This document shows positions 41,306 through 52,979 of a stretch of 64,000 nt of DNA, piece after piece. Source of the stretch: the human T2T-CHM13v2.0 reference genome, Homo sapiens; the NCBI RefSeq assembly GCF_009914755.1, contig NC_060928.1; one strand, 5' to 3'. The translations under genes were made by a program, and so were the position numbers. Within the stretch, counting starts at the first letter, position 1, and every line of letters begins with the position of its first letter. Below the pieces are notes generated by a model. That model saw only the letters and a list, made by a program, of their open reading frames with translations, searched no databases and was not told the origin of the DNA.

Positions 41306-43559
41306 CAGTAAAGCAGAAGAAGATTATACTCCTTTTAAAGGCATGAATGCTTGACTATCATTATTTCTCCTCCTAACCCCATTGCTCTCTCGGGCCCATT
41401 GGCATTTGATAGGCTGATATTTAAAATGAGGACTTGAATATCTCCTCTTGTCATCCACAGAAGGCTAATCTTGCTCTTAAACTTTCAATATCTTTTCTAA
41501 GGCTCTTTAACGTTTCAACTTCTTAGCCTGTCATCTTCCATTATTCTTTCTCACAAATGATTACCAAAATTCTCTAGCCTGATGGAGTCACTTTGTTCTT
41601 CAAGAGTAAAATAATTACACAAATGATCACTCCATTAATGATTTCTATTCTTCCTAATATTGCCAGCAATTGTTGAGAACTTATGTTTCTTCTCAGCACC
41701 TTGATATGTGCATTCATATCTCCACTAAATTATCAAGCTCTTTTTTTAAAACAGCCATGACTAATGACCCAAAATTTTAACAGGATCTTCCCGCTGCAGA
41801 AGACCCAGATAGTGATATAAAAGTAAAATTGCAAAGGCAAATCTAAGTATGCATTATTTAAAGATTATTTGAATCATCAGTAAAGTACACTGAAGCATGT
41901 AATTTTCCAAGACGAGTTAGATATAAAAAGATTTAGTCAAAACATCCAATCCCTTTATTCACTTAAAATACATAGGAAAAGTGAGAAGTTTTAAGGCAAA
42001 TGGAACTTGCAACTAAGTAAAATTAGCAGAGATCTGGTAAAATTATATCTAAACTAAAAACTAATAGAAGTTTTTGCATTTGTTCATTTGTAATTTTCTG
42101 TATTTGATGCAGGTAAAATAATTGAAAAGAAAAGTATCAGGGCATGAATTTTTGATAAATATGTTGTAATGCAGTAGAATTGTAAAGAAGGATATAGAGA
42201 AGTAAAATTATTTAGAAAATGGGTAATACATTATGGTCTGTGTGTATCAGTAAGTATAAACTAAGTAGTTCTGCATAATTATGCCATCAATTCAAATTTT
42301 TAAAATATTTATTATAAAATTATAACAATGTTGTTTGGATCTTCAATAGGCTACAAACTACTTAGAGTTTACACTCACTCTTGAGGACATAAAGGTTAAG
42401 TTAACATAGTAATGAGAGGATTTTTAACTAAAATGGAATGCCAGATGGAAAACGTACAAGAAACTATGGGAAAGTAGAAGAAGGTAAAACCAGAACTATC
42501 GAGGAAGGGCGTACATTTGTAGTGTGGAAGAAGAACCACTTTCACTGAGATAAGGCATTAAGAGTGGAAGTTAATGAACATTAATTGGAAAGCAAAGGGT
42601 ATGTATTTGAGTCACATCCAGGAAAAGATATACATTTGCTATATATAGAAGTATGGGAATAGTTTGCAAGAGTGAAATTGTATATATTAGAAAAGGGGCT
42701 TAACAAAATTGGTAAAGGTTGAAATAAATGGGAGAAATTAGAGGAAGTGACAGATATAACTGAAAATTGTGCATTTTTGAAAATCCAATTGGAAGGGAAA
42801 CTTTGGGTTTATTGTGGAACATGTTTCTTTAAAAATGAGATTTGATTCATTGTAGTTAAAGAATTCTGGGTTGGAGTTTCACCAGTAAGTGTGGAAGAAC
42901 TGGTCAAGGTCGGGATGGTACGGAGTAAAAACTTTATGGTATTGGCAAAATAAGGCAGAATGATATGTGTTATATCCTGGATAGACAAGAAAGGAAACAA
43001 TAACTGGGAGACATATAGAAAGAAGAGACTGATTATTCATGACATTAGGGAAGAAATAGAATCAGTGGAAGAGAAATAGATCATTGTCAGAATGTGGGAT
43101 AGTAACATTTCAAGCTTCAGTAGTAGATAGTTTCACATATGCCTCTTTTCTTGAACTTTTTATTCTCTTATTAAAGTTCTCAACTCCTTTCTGTATTCAC
43201 TCTTTAACCCACTTCCATCTGCCAATAGAAGTATTGTAAAAAGAGAAGCATCATCCAATTCCCTTTATCTGTCAAAAAGAACTTTCTGAGAATATGAGAC
43301 AATATTTAAATGTTAAAAAATGAATTTTATATGGAACTGCTAAATATCTGTTTCTCAGGAGCTTGATATTATAAGCACTAGTGATAGCCACATTATCACT
43401 TATTAGGATTAATAGATACGTCCTCAATGAAATTAATTAAAATATGATAAAAAATATATAAAATCTTTTAAAACAAATTGATAATCTAGCAAGTAATACT
43501 TGAAAGGCAAAAAAAATGGGATTGAGAGGCAGAAAGAGGATCAAAGGTGACTTTTACTT

Positions 43560-44105
43560 TGGGGAATTTTTTGAAACCCAGGGATTTGTCTTTGCAATGC
43601 ACAAGGGACAGAAAGAAAAAAAAAATCCAGAGCTTGCCCAATGTTGAGAGTGCAAGAGGATATCCTCCATATTCAGCGCTGCAGTATATGGGGTAAACTA
43701 GAAATAAACTCTACCACCACACACACATACACAAATCAGCAAGGGAAATTGCTTGCCTTAGACCTTGCCACAAAGTTAAATAAAAGAGAAAAAAAATCAT
43801 TTCCATGAGAACTTATCCACACTAGATAGTGCTTATATGTGTTTATAGATGAAATTTATACTCCCCCAAGACATTCCAAGCTGAAAATTTAGTTTAAAAT
43901 GGTTTTGGGTGGTTGTACACTCAGAAGTAAAAGAAGAGTACCTCTCAAGAAAGCCACAGAAACTACTGTCTTCAAAGAAGCCCATAGACCCAATTTTAAA
44001 ACTAGAAAGTAGCAGGCAAAATTCACCTAATATGCAGGGAAATGAATTCCCATGATGCAACAACAGAAACATGGACTTGAATTTTTGAAACATGATATAC
44101 CACAA
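43560..44105 (+). mobile_element. HAL1-like / ancient L1 5' fragment
   Basis: cagcaagggaaattgcttgcc; ccaagctgaaaatttagtttaaaatggttttgggtggt resemble the recalled HAL1 consensus. Confidence 0.55.
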
Positions 44106-44342
44106 ATTATACTCACTTGTTCTTTTCATTTCTATAAAAAGATGATCTCATAGTTGACTCTGACACTCTCATTTTTGAATCCTTAAATCTGGGTTACATG
44201 TTAGCAGTTGCAAAAGGTTTTGGCCACATGTCCCATTTAGGGAACTAATTGTGCTTGATCCTAAACTTACAGTGATATTTACAGATACTTTGCCGAGAAG
44301 CCTATCCCCAATGAGCTATCACATAGTTGAGAGAATAAATAT

Positions 44343-44768
44343 TGATATGGTTTGGATCTGTGTCTACACCCAAATCTCATGTTCCGTTGTAATCCCCATG
44401 TTGGACGTGGGGCCTGGTGATTGGTGATTGGATCGTTAGGGCAGTTTCTTGTGAATGGTTTAGCACCATCTTCTCGATGCTGCCCTTGCAGTACTGAGTG
44501 AGTTCTCATGAGATCTATTTGTTTAAAAGTGTGCAGCACAACCCCATCTCTCTCTTGCTCCTGCCTCAGCCATAGGGAGTCTCTATTCCCCCTTTGCCTT
44601 CTGCCATGATGGCAAGTTTCCTGAGGCCTCCCTAGAAGCCAGGCAGATTCCAGGATCATGCTTCCTGTAAGCCAGCAGAAAGGTGAGCCAATTAAACCTC
44701 TTTTTTAAAAAAATAAATTACTCAGTCTCAGGTATTTTTTTGTAGCAATGTGAGAATGGCCTAATACA
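44343..44768 (+). mobile_element. MSTA MaLR solo LTR
   Basis: TGATATGGTTTGGATCTGTGTC...GGCCTAATACA with a perfect 5-bp TSD AATAT (44338-44342, 44769-44773). Confidence 0.93.
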
Positions 44769-46041
44769 AATATAGACCCAGTAAAGTCAAAGTGAGCATT
44801 TTACCTAACAATACAGGTTCTTTACATTAAAAAAAAATGTAAACGTATCTTTCTTTTCTAAGGCTGCTCACATCCTCTTGCTTTCCTAGAACGTCTGAGT
44901 TAGGTTACTATAGTTTCCTTTTACTATAGGAAACACACTACAGTCAAAAAATCGAGTGAGTCCATCCCGCTGCTTTTCTTTCCATAAATAAAGTAGAATT
45001 CTAGTTCTGCCGAATATTTAAGGTACTGTACTATCTGTCCCAACCCCACCCCCACCTCCCCCCCGATCTTGCATTCTAGTATCTATTCTTTCAAAGGACA
45101 CCACTAGATCAATTACATGCATACTTTAGGCTCAATCCTTATAGCTTTTTGTTTTCTTTATCTCTTCCCCAGATCTGGTGCTAACCAAAATCTAAGATAT
45201 TAACCAACAGAAAACTATAGTTTATCATTGGCATAGTGCTTTGGCCTGACAAATGATGAGTTTCTTATCCAGCATTCTTGGAAGCAATACAAGCATTTTT
45301 AATAATCTTTTTAAATTACAGCTTAGGCCTTACATAAGCTACATTTAGTAGCAGACACTTTTCATATCACTGAACCAGTGAAATTACATCTGCAATATGA
45401 TTCTCCCCAATAAGAGTTTCCAGTAATCATGCCCAACTATGTTCTCAATTTAGACCACTGGGATACAGAACAATATGTAACATGTCAGAATGTTTCTGCT
45501 TGTCACAGTGATGGAGCTCAGAGTAGAATAAGGGAGCAGCTTTTTAAACTTTAGGCGAAAAACAACCTTGCTCAAGCTTATACGTAAATATGTGGCAATT
45601 GTATTATTTCACTAGAAATGCATTTAAAAAACACATTTTCATTCACAAAATGTGGTTAAGGGGATTGCCTTTTTTTTTTTTTTTGTCAAATGTTGTCATG
45701 TGAGTAGAGAGGAGGAAGGAAACTCAGAAATTCCAATTCAGATGGCTTTAGTGCAGATAAAATCATTATCTCAAAATTCCAGGATCAGGTATATTTTTAC
45801 TTCTGAAGATTGCATGCTCATATGATAGAACGAGAATTCAAATCACTGGCTGATTTGGGTTGATAAGTCTTCAAGCTAGAATGCTGCCTATTCTTACTAC
45901 AGAATGTAAGTACTGCCTCATGGTTATGACTGGTGATGGCTAATAAAATGCCAAAAGCCACCTCAATATGGGTCTTACACAGAAGGTGAGTATTAGCTAA
46001 TTCCTGGGGAGAAATGTTCTGTGCCTGAAAGTTACATATTG

Positions 46042-46094
46042 TTAGGTTATGACTTTTGATGAAAAAAACCACAATTACTTTTGCACCAATTTAA
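46042..46094. mobile_element. MADE1 (Hsmar1-derived MITE), internally deleted
   Basis: ttaggtt...aaaaccacaattacttttgcaccaatttaa followed by TA. Confidence 0.8.
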
Positions 46095-46204
46095 TATCAA
46101 CTATCCATCCTTAATTATTGTGTCATTACAGTAATGGCTTCATTGACCGAGTTAGTCTAACCCAGGAAGAGAATAATTCTTCTTTTTCTGCCATTCTGGG
46201 CTTT

Positions 46205-46421
46205 CGTAGTTTTCAGAGTGCTGCGCAGAGCCCCAAAGTAATTAAGAGGTGCTTCAGGGGCTGCTTAAGAATAAAATAGCCCCTGAAGAAGGTGAAGCTC
46301 CCACCCTCTGCATCCTACCCTTTGTGTCCACACAACATTTTTTCTATCTGATTCATCTGTGCAAGATGTGTTTGAAAAAATTTTCTTAATTACAGAAATA
46401 GAAAAAAATGTGAAAGCCACT
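46205..46421. mobile_element. hAT-Charlie MITE (MER112-like)
   Basis: tagttttcagagtgctgcgcagagcccc...gaggtgcttcaggggctgc ... tgaaagccactg (degenerate CAGTGGTTTTCA-type ends). Confidence 0.45.
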
Positions 46422-48516
46422 GTTCTAAATAAGTGATATTTTGGTATAAATTATTTAGATGATCACAATTGTGCAGATCTCATTTTACACATAAATGAGA
46501 AGCTTGGAAAGTTTTGCACATAAATGACAAGTTTTGTCTAAAACCATAACAACCAAACAAAACAGCATTGTTATTGTCCCTGAGCTGCCAAAGATGACCT
46601 ACTGTGCCTAGTGGGAACATGTTGTAGGCATATGTGCAAATACCTCATACCATGCAACTAAGATAATGGGAGTCTGCACATACAGGAATGCATAATAGCA
46701 AATTTTGCACTAATGTCCGTAAATGTGTCAGACGTGCCGGTTGAGTTTGATGAAGCTTATTGATTGCTGTCTTCTGGTCAAGGACGATGACACAGAGAAT
46801 TTTTAAATTTTCACTTCTTGGTTTTATCAAAGGTACAGATGGATTTGTAGGTACTCTCTGAGTGAATTTAGCATATGAGCACGGTCTCTTGCAACTGAGA
46901 ATGAGACATACTGTGTAAGAATTTGTCTGAATCTTTCCCAAGCTGTTGTCCAGATTTCATGGGATCTTGGAAGGCATATGCTCCCAAATCAACTTGATGT
47001 TCTTGATTGCTAATGTTTGCTTTATGGCCTTAACACTAAACATGTGTATACACATGTGACCACTTTACAGCCTAATGTCTCTGCATTTGTGCCGACTGTC
47101 TAACGGCACTTAATTCACCTAAAGGGATCTTTCCCATGAGACAGGTCTTTTCATTTTCTCAATTTTGAGATAATGGAATTTGAATAAGTTGCATTCGTAG
47201 ATTTAAGAGACCACTTTTCATTCCAAGGATCTTTTGAGGACAGGAAGAGTACAATATTCAACCTTCACTGATACACGTTAATGAAGAAAATCTCTCAAAG
47301 GTTATTTAACTTATCTCGCATATGGCTATTTACAGTAATTATTTACTCCTATAAAACTACCAGCAATGATTCATGTTCTGTGCAATACTAGAGAGCAAAA
47401 TATTTTAAATTAAATAGTGTTACACTGTAAAACTGCTTCACATTTTAAAATATTTTTATTTTTAGAATATTTATTTTTTAAACAATTAAATGGCACTTGC
47501 TTTTCAGTTCACCTCCCCATCTTTTCCCATTTCTCCTTTGACTAATAATATTAAAAACCTTCTTGCTATGAAGAAAATATGTAAATATTGAACTATATAT
47601 TTTTATTTTTTTCTTTTTAGAATTAATATAAGTTGCTTTTGTACAGGATTAAAAATAAAAGTAAATTGTTGTACTTTACTTCTTTGATAGCTTTGACCTT
47701 GAAATCAACTTCAGACTTTTCTGGTAACATGGAAATACATGAGAATCATATAAAATTGTTATCTTAGTCAGTGACAAATGTTTACCTAAAAGATCAAAGT
47801 ATATTTTCCTATAATAAAATAGTGTTTTGTCTTGAAGGAAGAAAAATTAGAGATGTAAAATCAGTTGATTTCTATTTGTTCTGTAAGTTTCCCAGAAGAA
47901 TTCAAAACTTAATGTGCATTTTAAATGCTTTACAGATACTGAAGGATTCTTAGATCCCTTTGTCTAAGCCCCACCACAGTCACTTTCATCATTTTTTTTC
48001 TATTCTTTATCAGCACACACACACACACAAAAGCTTAAACGGTTTTCTGTTTCTTCTTGGTTTCTCTCAATTGCAAATATTTATAATGACCTCATATTAC
48101 CTATTTTACCTTTGATTATATAAAATCTGATTATTATTCCTTCTTCAGATGTAAGTGAATTGCATCTATTTAAACACACCCAATGATTTTATCTGTTAAT
48201 TGAGTACAGGAATCCTCAATGTTAAGTTCTGAATAAATTTCATACCAAATTAACCTAATTTTACTCTTGTCTCTGAGATCAAATCAACTATATAAGAGTA
48301 TTCATTTCACTGAAAGCAGCATAAAGGGAAGATGCAATATGTTGTAGTGCATTTATTGTATCCATGTGGACATAATCTAAGTCTTTACTGAGAAATAAGG
48401 CTCATCAGATAATTTTTGTCAAATTATCTCTTTCTGATCTTGCATCATTATTTAGATGCTGCTAAGTAAGAAAACATGGTGTGCAAACCTTTACATTTTG
48501 TTTCTTAAACTTATAC

Positions 48517-48600
48517 TCATTCATTTGTTTATTTATTAATTGAGTATCATATGTGCGACACACTGGACAAGACTCTGGAGATATGTGGGTTATGTTTTCT
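48517..48600 (-). mobile_element. L2 3' end
   Basis: tcattcatttgtttatttattaattgagtatcatatgtgcgacacactg. Confidence 0.55.
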
Positions 48601-48619
48601 ATTCTTTTGGAATGAAGCA

Positions 48620-48820
48620 TATACTCCTGGTACCATCATTTATTAGTTATGTGACCAGATCTTTGATCATTTAAATTTTCTCTGCCTCAGTTTCCTCATC
48701 TATAACATGTGAGTCATAATTTTGTCTAAAACATCATTTTGGTAGTTGAGAAAATCAAATTACTTAATATACAGACGTGTTTGCGATTTGTATTGGGCAG
48801 TAGAATGTTAGCTTCTAATA
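48620..48820 (+). mobile_element. MIR
   Basis: agttatgtgacc...tctctgcctcagtttcctcatctataa (MIR core). Confidence 0.75.
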
Positions 48821-48826
48821 GTAGTA

Positions 48827-50202
48827 CATGTTGAGCATCCCTAATTTGAAAATCCAAAATCTAACATACTCCAAAATCCAAAACTTTCTGAGAGCCAACA
48901 TAATGCTCACAAGTGGAAAATTTTACCCCTGACCTTAAGTGATGGGTAAAGGTACACAACACACAGTTCATTCAATGTCCACAAGAGAAAAAATACCCTT
49001 GCGGCCCCCTTCAGCTGCAAAATTTCTTTTCTGCATATACCCAGATTCCCCCATGTAGGCAAGCCCCAAAAGCTCATAAAATGGTACAAGTCCAAGTTGG
49101 ACGCACCAATAACAGGCTCCCCATTATACCCCCCACTTGGGGCCAAGACCTACATGCATTAGTCACAGTTTTTTTGCTTATTAACTGCTCTGTGATGTAA
49201 AGATGTTGTTGAAAATGTCAAAAAGGCCTGCAGATATCCCTATAACAAAAAGAGGAAGAACTTATGTTTATCTATAGCACAGAAAGTCAAGTAATTGCAA
49301 CTGGACAGTGGTGTAAGTGTGAAACGTCTTACAGAAGAGTATGGTGTTGGAATGACCACTGTATATGACCTGAGGAAACAGAAAGATAAACTGTTGAGGT
49401 TCTGTGCTGAAAGTGATGAGCAGAAGTTAATGAAAAATAGGGAAATGCTGCACTAAGCTAAAAAATGGAGATCTTGATCATGTATTGAAAGAGTGGATCC
49501 ATCAGTGTCACAATGAGCATATGCCACTTAATTATATGCTGATCATGAAATAAGATCTACCATGATAAACTGAAGGGAACTGTGAATATTTAACAGGCTG
49601 GTTGCAGAAAATTAAGAACATAGAATTAAATTTTTAAAGATTTGTGATGATAAAGCATCAGCTGATCACATAGCAGTACAGAAATTCTTTGATGAGTGTG
49701 CCAAGGTCATCACTAATGAAAATCTGTTGCCAGAACAAGTTTATAATGCTGATGAAGCATAACTGCTTTGGTGTTATTGCCCTAGAAAAACATTGACTAC
49801 AACTGATGAGATAGCCCCTACAGAAGTTTAAAATGCCAAGAACAGAATAATTGTTCCGAGAAGTGTCAATGCAGCAGGAAAGCATGAGTGTAAACTTGCC
49901 ATGATAGGCAAAAGCTTGAGTCATGACTACTTCCAAACAGTGACTTTTTTTTTACCAGTCCATTATTATGCTAACAGAAAAACATGGATCACCAGGGACA
50001 TCTTTTCTGACTGATTTCACAAATATTTTGTACCAGCAGCTCAAGCTTACTGCAGGGAAGCTGAACTGGATGATGACTAAAAGATTTTGTTACTCCTTGA
50101 CAACTGTTCTGTTCATCCTCCAGCTGAAATTCTCATAAAAATAATGTTTATGCTATGTACTTTCCCCCAAATGCATTTCATTAAGTCATCCACGTGACCA
50201 GG
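48827..50202 (+). mobile_element. Tigger4 (Zombi) DNA transposon, 5' ~1.4 kb, 3'-truncated
   Basis: TA followed by left TIR catgttgagcatccctaat, then aaaatccaaaat repeats and a pogo-type transposase relic. Confidence 0.88.
49215..50202 (+). pseudogene. Decayed pogo/Tigger transposase (CENP-B-like HTH + DDE_1)
   Basis: MSKRPAD.., KRKNLCLSIAQKVK*..GVSVKRLTEEYGVGMTTVYDLRKQK, QVYNADE, KILLLLDNCSVHP, YFPPN..DQG, with several stops and frameshifts. Confidence 0.85.
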
Positions 50203-50207
50203 ATTTC

Positions 50208-50817
50208 CTATTGTGAATATTGCTGCAATGAACATGGGCATGCAAATGTCTCTTTGAGATACTTTTGTGAGAACACCATTAAATTTTAAAACTGCTCATT
50301 AAAGGAAAGAACAAAGTGAAAAGGCAACCTGTAAAATGGGAAAATATTCGCAAATTATATTTCTGATAAGAGCTTAATATCTAGAATAAATAGAAGCTCC
50401 TACAACTCAGCAACAACAACAAAGTCCCAATTAAAAAAAAAGAAAAGAATTTGAATAGATGTTTAGATATTTCTCCAATGAAGATGTCCAAATGGCCAGT
50501 AAGCATATGAAAAAATATTCAACATCCCTAATCATTAGGAAAATGCAAATATAAACCACAATGAGACATCATCTCATTAAGATGGCCACTATCTGCTCCA
50601 ACCACCCACCGCCCCCAAAAAAAGGGAGAAACAGAGCGGGAGAGAGAAGAAGAAGAAAATAACAAGTCTGAAGACATGGAGAAATTGAAAATTGGATCTC
50701 TATGGTGCATTGTTGGTGGGGTTGTACGTTGTTATGAATCCTATGGAAAACAGCATGGAAGTTCTCCAAAAAGTTAAAAACAGAACTACCATGTGATCTA
50801 TGCATTTCCTTTCTGTG
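50208..50817. mobile_element. Rearranged old L1 ORF2 C-terminal fragment (antisense 50208-50263, sense ~50280-50817)
   Basis: Antisense tattgtgaatattgctgcaatgaacatgggc. Sense aaagtgaaaaggcaacct...cagaactaccatgtgatc. Confidence 0.78.
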
Positions 50818-50819
50818 TT

Positions 50820-51130
50820 GCAGTTTTAAGTAAAATGGGTATATAGATTTCACTGGGAGGTGATATTTAAGCAGCAACTTCAGTCCCGTAAAGGAATTAC
50901 CTATGAAGTTATCTGGGGAAAGAGTGTTTCAGCAGAAAGAACAGCTAGCTAGATGCTAAGAGACGTGCCTCTGGTATATGAAAATTTGCTAGGAGATCAG
51001 AGTGGCTACACAGAGTTACAGGGTAAGAGTAATAGTAGGTGAGTTCTGAAAAGAAACAGACAATGAAGGGTGATGTTAAGGAAGATAACGGATGTCCCTT
51101 TGAGGCTTGTGTATGATACAAAAGTTTTTA
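50820..51130 (-). mobile_element. L2 fragment
   Basis: ggaggtgatatttaagcag...atctggggaaagagtgtttcagcagaaagaacagc. Confidence 0.6.
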
Positions 51131-51409
51131 GATAGCTTCTGTGTCATCTGTGACAGTTGTATCAGATAACTTAAATAAATGTTTTCTTGAGGGTTTTCAG
51201 AAATGCAGGTACAGGAATACAATTCCTCGTGAGGACTCAACTCCTAATCTCAACTTCCTTTTTATTTATTTGATGATGTGGTACTTCCCTAGACCCCATT
51301 CTAGATGTTACAAAAAATGCAATAATTGTACTTTAATATCTTTATAAACTCCTAAAATTTTCTGAAAATCAATATATTCTACTCTAAGGGCTTCAGATAA
51401 GAGATTAGG

Positions 51410-51683
51410 GGCCCAGTGTGGTGGCTCATGCCTGTAATCCCAGCACTTTGGGATGCTGAGGCAGGGGGATCACATGAGGTCAGGGGTTTGAGACCAGTCT
51501 GGCGAACATGGAGAAACTCTGCCTCTTTGGAAAATACAAAAATTAGTCGGGCATGGTGGCACGCACATATAATCCCAGCTACTCGGGAGGCTGAGGCAGG
51601 AGAATCACTTAAGCCCAGGAGAGCTGAGATTTGCCACTGAGATACAGCAAGACCCTGTCTCAAAAAAAAAAAAAAAAAAAAAA
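51410..51683 (+). mobile_element. Alu (old S/Jb-like) with right-arm deletions
   Basis: Dimer with a shortened right arm and poly-A tail. TSD GAGATTAGGG (51401-51410, 51685-51694). Confidence 0.9.
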
Positions 51684-52480
51684 AGGAGATTAGGGATCTG
51701 TAGTATGAAGTCCGAAGAAGTATTTTTCTCACTCCTTCTCTGGGATTGAAATGAAATTCGACAAGTAAGTTTACCTCTCAAGCTTTATTTTCTAAGAATC
51801 TCAGTTTAGATACACATTTTTAAACTTGTTTTTGGCTATAAACTACATTAATTTAAAACACAAAACCAACTTAAATTTCTAATATATATGATATTATAAA
51901 ATATTCTGTACATAATGATTACATTACTCAATATCAATTCCTGCCATACCCAGTTTTATCTCACTCAAGGGCAAAAATTTATGCACCACTCAGTTATTGA
52001 CCAAGTGAGAAACTGTATTAGGAAGTTTACCCTCTTCAGTGGCTGATCCTAGTTGTGTTTCTGGAGGTCAGACTAGAGCTAGAATCAATAATAGGTGCAT
52101 ATCTCTGCAGTGTCTGTCCTGTGTTCCACCTTCTTTTGAAGAATTTATGACTGCCCTTCTCCCTTGGTTCCCTAGGCACATATTCCAGGACCCCTATCAG
52201 ACCCCTATCTGTCTATTAGGGCTGGATCCCTGTTCTGAATTACATCCAGTCCTTCTGGGAGCCTGAACCCTTTCCCAGGGTCTGCAAGTTCCCTTGCCTT
52301 CAAGACATGGACCCTTCTCTACATAGTCTAGCTGGAATCTTTCTCTAAGAAGATTTCTGGGAATTGTGCTGTCAACTACCATGTTAATAATTTTACTTTT
52401 GCCCAGGGTCCACTCTGGTGCTCTCTGACCTGCTTAGATCTCCTTGGAGATGTATACAAACTCATGTTTCATTCAAGAGC

Positions 52481-52979
52481 TGTGATGGTCAATATTGACT
52501 GTCAACTTGAGTGGATTGAGGGATGCAAACATTTGAGTCAGTGGACTGGAGAAGCGACCCACCCTCAGTGTGGGTAAACAACATCTAATCAGCTGCCAGC
52601 ACAGCTAGGATAAAAGCAGGCAGAGGAATGTGGAAGGACTAGACTGGCTAAGTCTTCTGGCGTCCATCTTTCTCCCATGCAGGATGCTTCCTGCGGTCAA
52701 ACATTGGACTTCAAGTTCTTCAGCTTTTGGAGTCTTGGACCTATACCAGTGCTTTGCCAGGGGCTCTTGGGCCTTTGGCCACAGACTGAAGACTGCACTG
52801 TCAGCTTCCCTACTTTTGAGGTTTTGGAACTCAGACTGGCTTCCTTGCTCTCCTCAGCTTGCAGATGGCCTACTGTGGGACTTCACCTTGTGATCATGTG
52901 AGTCAATACTCCTTAACAAACTCCCTTGCATACATACATCTATCATATTAGTCCTGTCTCTCTAGAGAACCCTAACTCA
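52481..52979 (+). mobile_element. MLT2A2-like HERVL solo LTR
   Basis: TGTGATGGTCAATATTGACTGTCAAC...gggacttcaccttgtgatcatgtgagtcaatactcctt...ctctagagaaccctaact. Has a ~45-bp deletion near the 5' end relative to the 63 kb copy. Confidence 0.9.

Noticed and set aside
49215-50202. Domesticated TIGD/JRK-like gene
   Set aside because: In-frame stops and frameshifts, a retained TIR and truncation mark it as a neutral Tigger4 fossil.
52015-52450. GC-richer stretch upstream of MLT2A2, possibly another LTR or ERV internal piece
   Set aside because: I could not match it to any family with confidence.
52630-52893. Two similar ORFs (52630+ and 63261-) suggesting a paralogous small-protein pair
   Set aside because: Both are read-throughs of homologous MLT2A LTR sequence.
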